The notes beneath the pieces were generated by a model. It ran no database searches, had not been told where the DNA came from, and saw nothing but the letters and a program-made list of their open reading frames with translations. A stretch of DNA of 64,000 bases, from NCBI RefSeq assembly GCF_036321535.1, contig NC_087436.1:121522001-121586000 (forward strand), written 5' to 3'. This DNA comes from Camelus dromedarius (lineage: Eukaryota). Below are positions 56,401-64,000 of the stretch, in pieces. The position numbers were made by a program, and so were the translations under genes. Position 1 is the stretch's first letter. Each line of letters begins with the position of its first letter.

Positions 56401-59400
56401 TACAGCACAGAACAGGCTCTACACCACCCCCTCCCCAGTTTAGTTCTTAGACACCTGACCCTGTTCTGTCTCCTCCAAGCCATCTCCACGCAGAAGCACA
56501 CTGTAACTCGATCCACAGTCTCGGAAGACCTGAGTTAAAATCCTGGCTCTGCCAGAACTGACTGTGCTGCTCTGGGGACCCTAGGCTCCTGGTCTCCTTA
56601 CCCACAAAGTGGGGATGAAAGGGGCTTACGTTCACAATGAAGTTCTCAACAAATGTCGTTTCCCGACTGTTACTACCGTTGGTGGCTGCGGGAAGGCGAC
56701 TTCTGTGATGCCCATTGTCTGAAAGTCCCCATTGTCCAGGTCTCTGCTCGTCCCAAGTTGTTCCAAAAGTATACGTGTTTCGACCTTTCCCCCAAACATC
56801 TCCCCGTTAATTGTAAGTTAGCCAGGTTTTTTATTTCTAAAGCCAGTTCTTTTATTTAAAAAGTAAGCTGATCTTTTTAATTATATAAATTAAAACTATG
56901 CAAAATTCCCCAATTCACAAACTGGGTCAAAACAAAACTTAAACAAAGAATTACTCTGTGTATTTACTGACTAGGATGAAGAAAAATAAGGTTGAAAATA
57001 GCTGAAAATTAAATGCCAAGTACTTTTCCTTGTTTTTAGTTTTTATTTTGAAATATACATGTAGAAAGTATTTAGAAGGTATATGCACAATTTAAGTATA
57101 ATAATAAATCAAACACCCTTTTACCTTTCAACCAGATTTAGAAACAAAATAAATCTCATTCTTCTGGAGCTGTTTCTTCCCTCGCAATAACCCAGACGTA
57201 ACCACTATCCTGTGTTAAGCATTTTCTTTCTTTTCTTTACAGTTTTATCTTACATATATTCATCCCTAAGTAACATAGTGCTTAACTTTTATCTGTTTAT
57301 AAACATCATGTAATTAGAATCATACTGCATGTATTTTTCAGTGTTTTTTTTTAAAGCAATGCTATGGACATTTTGCACCTGTCTCCTAGTGCACATATGC
57401 AAGCTCCTTAGGGCAAGAAACTAGGCGGTGAAGCCAAGTTATTCTCCAAAGAGACTAATTAAATGCACACTCCTGCTGGTAGCCTATGACGGTTCTGTGC
57501 CTCCACAACCATCTTTTCTAAAATTAAAATCTGGTGTCTGTGAAATGGTATCCACTGTGGCTTTAACTTATAACTTCCTGGTGACTAATGAGCTGAGCAG
57601 CATTTCATTTCTTCTTCCTCTTCAGCTTCAGATTTTACTCCACCAACAACTTTTCGTTTTCATAGGGACGTACTGCCTTTTAAACCTTCCACAGGCTGGG
57701 CAGCCAACACCCCTCTTCAGGGAAGGGCGGGACCAGAAAACAGACACTGTCAGCTAACGTTAGACTATAACTGCTGTTCACTGCTACTGGGGCCTCACTG
57801 TGTAAGACTGCACAGTAAATCTTCTCAAATTTTTGCTGAAATGCTCACAGGAAAGCTTACAGCACAACCAGTGCCACACATGCTTTGTGAAATCAATATT
57901 CTTGATTTGTTTTCTTCTTGATTTTGGTCTTCTCTGAGTTTTCTATTTCTCAGTATTCTTCTTTCAGCTCATCCGACTTGCTTTTGCTTTCAGAAAGCAC
58001 TCCTGTTCAATCCACAGGCAAGAACGTGCTGCTGCTCTGCTGCTGCCTACACACTCTCCTACCTTCCTCAGGCTAGAAAGTCCGTCTACAGTATTCTTTT
58101 GTTCTTTATTGAAACAAAGAAAACTTTCTTGCTGCTAGGATCGTCCTCATGTGGGGGTGAGATGTCGGCAGGGACCACCCCGGTGCCATCCTCAGGGCGC
58201 ACACCCCAGCTGGGCGTCTCCACGGGAGCACCAGAAATGCAGGATGTGAATGCGATATTAAGACTCTCAAGTTTTTTCATTATGATAGATAATGCTACAA
58301 TATATTTATATATCATGTTTCTTTCTTTGACTTACTTCCTTAACATATATTTCCAAGAGTGAACTTAACAGATCCGCATATTTTAATGGAAAAAGCATAA
58401 AATGTACAACTTTCTGAATCTGAAGCAAAAAGAACAAAGTGCAAAATACCACTGTAAACTGGAAAGAGAGAAGGACACGTCCCCGCTGGACCAGCACTGG
58501 TCGCACTGTGTGTCTTCCCATGTCTAATGCCCCTGCTCTGTGTACAAGGAAGAAACTCTAACGTCACAGATCTTAAGGTCACTCTGAACGCCAGTTACAC
58601 CCGACTGGGTGTCTCTGGCAAAGATCCCTATCCCATGTCCCCAAAAGCGCAGGACACTGGTCACAAAGGCGGGCTCCAGACCACCACCTCAGACGTTAGC
58701 GTCCCTTGGGTCCAGAACGGAGCTGAATCCAACATTCCACTGACACCAAGAGGCCCTGAGGGATGGAAAGGCCTTGCCATTAGCTAAGTGCCCCGAAGAG
58801 AGGAAGCCCTGCTTGCATGCTAACGGGACGTCGCCCAAAGCGTCTCTAAACCCAGTGCACTCTTAAGACAGTGATGTAACTCAGACAATCCTCTCCAATC
58901 CTCCAGCACTGCTAGCACTCTAAAATCCCTTTAGCAGAAAAAATGCCTACTGCCCTCTTTCAAAACCGGGCACAATGACCTGTTAGCACTATTTGGTTGC
59001 ACTGACAAATATTGTTAATATTTCTTTTCCATTAAGTCTGCATGATAACATCTAGATTGTGAAACCAAAAAAAAAAAAAAAAAAAAGGATGCATAAATAG
59101 TTTAAAACTTTTTTCTTCCCCTAAGATTCTCTAGTTTACAGATATAAGAAATATTTTTAACAACTTGAATTTCTTTTTTACTCAGCGTTAAGTCCCAAAC
59201 AGATCACTTACAGAAAAGTAAACACTGAATTAACGTTTTAATTCTGCCAAGTCCTAAATAATTAAAGGGGAAAAAATTACCAATTTAACCAATTCAAACT
59301 TACTTAGATAGCACTCATAACAGGACTAGTAGCGAACAACACTTTAAGAGTTCCAAAGAATGTGAGACTGTCATTAAAGCCAAGGGTTACACTTCCAATC

Positions 59401-61534
59401 ACAGCTGTAACATTTTCAAGGAACTAACTTTTAGGCAACCACTCACACTGTATCTCTCCATGGAGCATGCTGTCAAGTAAACTTAGCCACAGGGGCCAGT
59501 GACTTTCAAGAAGCCACGAGGAAGAGAGCCAGCACTGGTGGTCGGCTAACTGGACCCACTGACCAAATACCAAAAGTCACCATAGAGACCCTGTATGATA
59601 ACTTTACTGGAGCAGAATATCAGTTCAACTGGAGATTTCGCTCCATCATTCCATCCAAGAGTTCACCGTGTGCCTACTCTGTGTCCAGAGCAGTAACTGG
59701 TCCTGGGGATACACACAGAGGCTCCCTTCCTGGAGCTGCTGTGGACGACATGGAGACGGGAGACAGGTAGTGTACAGTGTGGCTGAGGGTGACTCTGGGG
59801 GGAATAAAGCAGGTGTGCTGGGGTGGGGGCAGCATTCTACAGCAGGACAGTGAGGACACGACAGGCTCGGGTCTGCATTTTGAAAGGTTAGCCTCAGCGG
59901 CAGCGCAGAGCACACACAGGGGAGGATGACACGGTGTCTCTGGCAGAGATCCCCGTCACGGCAGAAGACAGGGCACTGGCCACAAAGCTGGGCTCCAGAC
60001 CACCACCTCGGAGGGTTAGCCTTCCTTGGAGTCCAGAACAGAGCTGAACTAGGCATCGCTGGTCATGAGTCCACGTGTGAAAAGCACCTCCCACGTGTGT
60101 GTTGAGTACGGAGAAAAAGTAAAACAATCTCAACAGCTGTTAATGCTGCTTATCTCAAGGGGACTAAGAGTACCAGCAGGATCATGGCTTCTTCAGACAC
60201 CTGTGCAAGGTACACTTGCTACAATCAGCAGGCACAATATTAATATTTTTAAATAACCAATAAAATTAATTAAATTAAAAAATAGAGATTGTATCGAGTT
60301 TTAAAGTCAAAGGAAGGAAGCAGTTCAAAGAAAGAGGCCACCTCCACAAGAAAGGAGAGGGGACAGGAGGGGAGGGGAGGCGAAAGCTAGAAAGATGACA
60401 ACGCATTAGGAATCTAAAAAGGCGGGAGGGGAAGGAATCCCAAGCCAGGAAACAAACTCTGGCCTGTAGGCAGGAGGCAGGACAACCTAAGAGGTGGCGG
60501 GAGTATAAAATGGGTACAGACATCAGTAAAGAGCCCCCTTCTCTCTGTGACATGACACGGTCATCTGCTGGGAGGAGGGGGTCAGCAGTTTCCAAGAAAG
60601 TAGAGGCAGCAGGGAAGCGTCAGTGAGCATGTAAGAGGCGTCCAACAGTGGCCAGGCTGTCCTGGGGATCCACCTGAGACAGGCTGTGCCTCTGCGGAGA
60701 GAGCCAGCGGGCTCTGCTGTGAAGCCCTCCGCAGCGGGATGTGGCTGCTCAGGTGCAGGGAGGAGCGATGCCTTACTGGCAGAGGGCTACTGAAACGACG
60801 GGCCACGAAACCCAAGCGGGGCAACGCAGGGAGAGGAGGCGGGCTGGTGGGCCGAGACGCGGAAGGGAAGATCCACCAAGGCAAGGCCCGTCCCCTTCAG
60901 TGAAATAACCCCAGAGTCAGCACCACGCTGGGTACAGAGCAGTCAGTATTTAAAGCTCATTGCAGGGACGAGCCAAAGAAAACAGAGGCCCTGATAATGC
61001 TGAAAAGTAGTGAAAACTGGATTAGCTGAAGGAACAAAGTAAGTGTAAGACACAGACTTTGGTCAGAGTAAGAAAGAAAACATTTTCACTCATGGCTTTT
61101 CAGGCATAAAGAGAATTTTAGGAACTGTCTATAATTTAGTAAGCACATTTATTAGGTTAGCATGTAAGAAAGGAGGTTTTTAAAGAACTACTGCTCTCAA
61201 TTTTTAATTCAAAAAGGCTAATTTTCAGATTACTGCATTCTGCAGTCAGGAGTGAAAAGGAAGGTGTTCCAAGATCTGCTTCCGCTCAGCCAAACTCCCT
61301 CTTCTCCTGAGCGGAAAGAGGCGGTGGTGCCAGACACACGGTGCTCCATTTACCGTTCAGTTACTGCTCCCTCAGTACTCACTGTGATGTGATTGTAGAT
61401 AAGCTGCGACCATCCAAAGAGATCCGCTAGTCGGTAAAGGGCCGCCAGTTTACACCGCAATAACTTCTCCCCTTTGTCATAGGCAATAGAATCTGATCCT
61501 CTAAGGTCATTCACAGGAGTCACCATACCGAGAC
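32128..61534 (-). CDS. ADD1: Alpha-adducin, exon 4 to last exon (5' exons beyond window end; numbering by analogy to human)
   Basis: Class II aldolase-like head motifs ([35 protein letters not shown]), neck, and C-terminal MARCKS-related domain [18 protein letters not shown]; all exons GT-AG with consistent phases. Confidence 0.97.
32335..32364 (-). repeat. Coding (GAG)10 microsatellite, poly-Glu in ADD1 tail
   Basis: Perfect (CTC)10 on plus. Confidence 0.95.
33900..33933 (-). CDS. ADD1: ADD1 alternative 34-nt exon giving truncated C-terminus [11 protein letters not shown]
   Basis: agcag|GAGGTGGATGTGCTAAAGAGTACCTGTTACCATA|gtaagt; stop completed as TA+A by the last exon. Confidence 0.85.
34620..34718 (-). 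CDS. ADD1: ADD1 exon (99 nt)
   Basis: ttgcag|[32 protein letters not shown]|gtgagc. Confidence 0.93.
37405..37561 (-). CDS. ADD1: ADD1 exon (157 nt)
   Basis: cgcag|[52 protein letters not shown]|gtgagc. Confidence 0.96.
37643..37680 (+). repeat. G-tract cluster (G10-C-G12-C-G6-C-G4), potential G-quadruplex
   Basis: Direct sequence. Confidence 0.8.
41619..41711 (-). CDS. ADD1: ADD1 alternative cassette exon (93 nt)
   Basis: ttgcag|[31 protein letters not shown]|gtacac; phase 0-0; resembles the recalled mammalian ADD1 cassette. Confidence 0.85.
42441..42530 (-). CDS. ADD1: ADD1 exon 12 (90 nt)
   Basis: ctcag|[30 protein letters not shown]|gtgaga. Confidence 0.96.
43195..43296 (-). CDS. ADD1: ADD1 exon 11 (102 nt)
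   Basis: tacag|[34 protein letters not shown]|gtgcgt. Confidence 0.96.
45789..46133 (-). CDS. ADD1: ADD1 exon 10 (252 nt to donor after 45882, or 345 nt to donor after 45789)
   Basis: ccctag|[15 protein letters not shown]...[15 protein letters not shown]...SPKSKTK|gtgtgg; in-frame 31-aa extension [31 protein letters not shown]|gtctgt. Confidence 0.94.
46200..46680 (+). mobile_element. Degenerate old L1 (L1M) 3' fragment
   Basis: cagcaaccccactccta...ccaagagaaacg..., gggtgaatcacaaac..., gattccatttacaaaaagtgcaaaa..., ending tcaataaag. Confidence 0.55.
50193..50369 (-). CDS. ADD1: ADD1 exon 9 (177 nt)
   Basis: gaaaag|[16 protein letters not shown]...[18 protein letters not shown]|gtaaga. Confidence 0.95.
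51084..51182 (-). CDS. ADD1: ADD1 exon 8 (99 nt)
   Basis: ttcag|[33 protein letters not shown]|gtgggt. Confidence 0.96.
51288..51431 (-). CDS. ADD1: ADD1 exon 7 (144 nt)
   Basis: ctccag|[28 protein letters not shown]...LGPKSK|gtcagt. Confidence 0.96.
53311..53460 (-). CDS. ADD1: ADD1 exon 6 (150 nt)
   Basis: ttccag|[50 protein letters not shown]|gtgagt. Confidence 0.96.
53698..53778 (-). CDS. ADD1: ADD1 exon 5 (81 nt)
   Basis: cacag|[27 protein letters not shown]|gtaaga. Confidence 0.95.
54790..56130 (-). mobile_element. L1 3' portion
   Basis: gattccacacataaatgaggtcatgcaatatttgtctttctctgacttatttcattt..., catatggtagttctgtttttaattttttgaggaacctccat..., ccttggttaaatttattccta. Confidence 0.85.
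56520..56650. mobile_element. MIR SINE fragment
   Basis: gacctgagttaaaatcctggctctgcca...aaagtggggatgaaa. Confidence 0.55.
57030..57605 (-). mobile_element. Old L1 (L1MC/L1ME-like) 3' fragment
   Basis: ttttattttgaaatatac..., gtaaccactatcctg..., tagaatcatactgcatgtattttt..., aaatggtatccactgtggctttaact. Confidence 0.6.
61383..61534 (-). CDS. ADD1: ADD1 exon 4 (152 nt)
   Basis: tttcag|[50 protein letters not shown]|gtgagt. Confidence 0.95.
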
Positions 61535-61679
61535 CTGAAATAAAGAAAAACAAGGCTCAAAGATTTAATATTCCTTATCAAATGTAAATCAAATAACGGT
61601 TGAGATATTAATCATCCCATAAAGGGTCATAAGGTAACTCTCCAAAACATCAAAGACTATTTCATAAAGACCATGTTCC

Positions 61680-62960
61680 CGCACGTTAACATAATTAAGT
61701 GAGAAATCAATACCAAAAAGGCAGCAAATGTGTGAGCTGTGGCTCAAAGCAACACCTAGAAGGGAATTTATAGTATTAAATACGTATTAGAAGGAAGGGT
61801 TTTAAAAAATGATCTAGGTTTCTACCTTATTGAAACTAGAAGAGGCTTAGCAAAGTTCCAAAGTAAGAAAAAAGAAACTATACAGATAAAAACAGCAATC
61901 AAACAGAAAAATACAGAAAATCTGGTTTAATCTTGAAAATATTAACATCAAAATAAAATAATGAAATGAAAAACAAAACAAAATGAAATAGAATATACCT
62001 CTCGCCAGACTCATCATAAAAACGCACCAAAGAAAGAAATGGCCAACATGGAGAAGCAGAGAGGGACAGCGCTGCCACCCCACAGACACTAAAAGGGTAA
62101 TAACGGAGTAGCAAGAACATCCATGCCAGCGACCCCTGAACTTAGATGAAACAGACAACGTCCTTGAAAGACATCAGTAACCAGAGCTCACTCCAGAAGA
62201 AACAGACACCCTAACCAGCCCCATTGCCACTACGCTGAATCTGCTGCTAAAAATATTCCCATAAAAAACCCAGGCCCAGATGACTTCAGTGTAAACTCTG
62301 TCACATATTCAAGGAAGACGTAGTGCCAACTCTACACAAGTTCTTCCAGAACAATTTCCAACTCATCTACCTGCCCAGCGTTACCGATACCAAAACCACA
62401 CACAGACATTACACTACACGACAGTACAAAAAAAAAAAAAACAGACCAACATCCTCCATGAACACACACTACAAAAACTTAACAAAGTTTTAGCAAACAA
62501 TCCAGCAAAATATAAAAAGAGTAACACCTCATGACTTAGGGGCTTAACCTCAGAAATGCAAGGTTGGTTCAGAATTCAAAAACCAATCACTATAATCATG
62601 TCAAACTAAAGAAGAAAAACCATGGGATCATCTTAACATGCAGAAAAAGCATTTCATAAAACTCAACATCCGTTCAGGATAAAAGCTCTCAGTAAATTAG
62701 GAACAGAAGGGAATAACCTCAACTTGATAAGGGACATCTACAAAAAGCCTACCACTACCACCAAACACAATGATGAAAGACAGACGTTTTACGGCCAAGA
62801 GCAGGAACAATGCGGAGATGGACACCCTCGCACTTGCACTGGATGTTGTACTAGGGATTCTGACCAGCGCTAGGAGGCAAGAGGGAGGAAAACAAACAGA
62901 AATGTGTATACTGGAGAGGAAGAAACAAAGTATTTGACTGCATGACCCTATCTGGTCACG
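61680..62960 (+). mobile_element. L1 ORF2 remnant (linker to RT region), disrupted
   Basis: Recognisable ORF2 segments ccaggcccagatgacttc, aatgcaaggttggttc, gcagaaaaagcatttcataaaactcaacatc; no long intact ORF in the track. Confidence 0.85.
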
Positions 62961-63104
62961 ACACAATTACCCTTGTTATATATTGCTAGATTTGATTCTT
63001 TTAACTCTGAACTGTCTCACGCATACAGAAAAGTACAGAGAAAATACAAAGAACCACATACGTATAATCTTGATTCAGCATATAAATCCTCTACTTTAGC
63101 TCTT

Positions 63105-63305
63105 TAATTTTTTCTTTCTTTTTTTAAATACATTTTTATTGAAGTATAGTCAGTTTACAATGTGTCAATTTCTGGTGTGCGGCACAGTGCTTCAGTCATA
63201 CATGAACATACATGAATTTGTTTTTCATATTCTCTTTCACCATAAGTTACTACAAGACGTTGAGTATGGTTTCCTGTGCTACACAGTAGAAACTTGTTGT
63301 TTACC
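63105..63305 (-). mobile_element. 5'-truncated younger L1 3' end (artiodactyl/camelid-like)
   Basis: T-rich tail then ttattgaagtatagtcagtttacaatgtgtcaatttctggtgt...cctgtgctacacagtagaaacttg. Confidence 0.7.
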
Positions 63306-64000
63306 GGATTTTGTGAGAATCCTCCTGTATTTCGAAACAAGAGACACTCTGCCAGAGCTCAGAAGGAGTTCTGTGCAACGCAGTGGGTTTGTGGATGTAA
63401 TTCTTGGTGTATTTGTGGGACAGGGTGAGCTGTGACACTCTTCACTTCTCCATCTTGGCTCCTCCCCCATCTCTTTAATTGTTTAAATTGCTTTTTAGAA
63501 GATTTTTCAGAGGATGGTGGCAGTGGAAGTACAGTTTTTGAATCTCCTTAAATAATCTCTATCCCAACCCTGCAGAAAATAACTAGAGCAATCAGGGTAG
63601 CAAAGCTGAAAACCCAGGGATGCATCTGCAACAGAACTAGGTAACAAGGTGGGCCCATGAAGCTGAACACATAAGCAGGGGGGCTGACACAGACAGAGCG
63701 AGTGGTTTCAGCATCCGTGCAGGAGGAAGAAGGAAACCGTGGACCATCTGCCAAACCTGAGACTCCCGAAAGAACCAACAAGAACTCAGAGGACCAAACT
63801 GAGAATAGCAGCCGATACCAAGAGGCGTTCTGCAACATTTTAACCCTTAAAAGTTCTCTAAACTAACCACCCGAAACAGTCTTTCAGCACAAAGGCTCAC
63901 ACTAAGAAATCTGTGTAAATTAGAACCTAAACTGCATAGCACAGGACTCTGGGGGGAAGGGGAGGGGAGGGGAAGGGTGGGGTGGAGTGGGAAGGAGAGG

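Overview
Mammalian genomic DNA, GC/CpG-rich. It is probably from a camelid, inferred only from the style of one L1 3' end and the absence of recognisable primate, ruminant, pig or carnivore SINEs. The window holds the conserved GRK4-NOP14-MFSD10-ADD1 block known from human 4p16.3, in reverse orientation. Contents: GRK4 first coding exon (- strand, ~2.9 kb, head-to-head with NOP14 across a CpG island); complete NOP14 (+, 18 coding exons, 3735-23459, 855 aa); complete MFSD10 (+, 12 coding exons, 26593-29818, 456 aa); and ADD1/alpha-adducin from exon 4 to its 3' end (-, 61534-32128), including three alternative segments. Introns carry MIR, L2 and L1 remnants and a solo LTR. Most notable observations: (1) a 171-bp, 96%-identical inverted repeat, not matching any transposon I recognise, that brackets the first three coding exons of MFSD10 and abuts splice signals; (2) loss of the canonical GRK4 start codon (ATG replaced by GTC), with apparent decay of the N-terminal helix and an in-frame ATG at codon 11; (3) a CCAAT/octamer-rich LTR in NOP14 intron 1 pointing towards GRK4; (4) a 15-bp triplication that creates extra in-frame ATGs and tandem acceptors just upstream of the MFSD10 start. 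Comparisons to human proteins are from memory and need checking by alignment.
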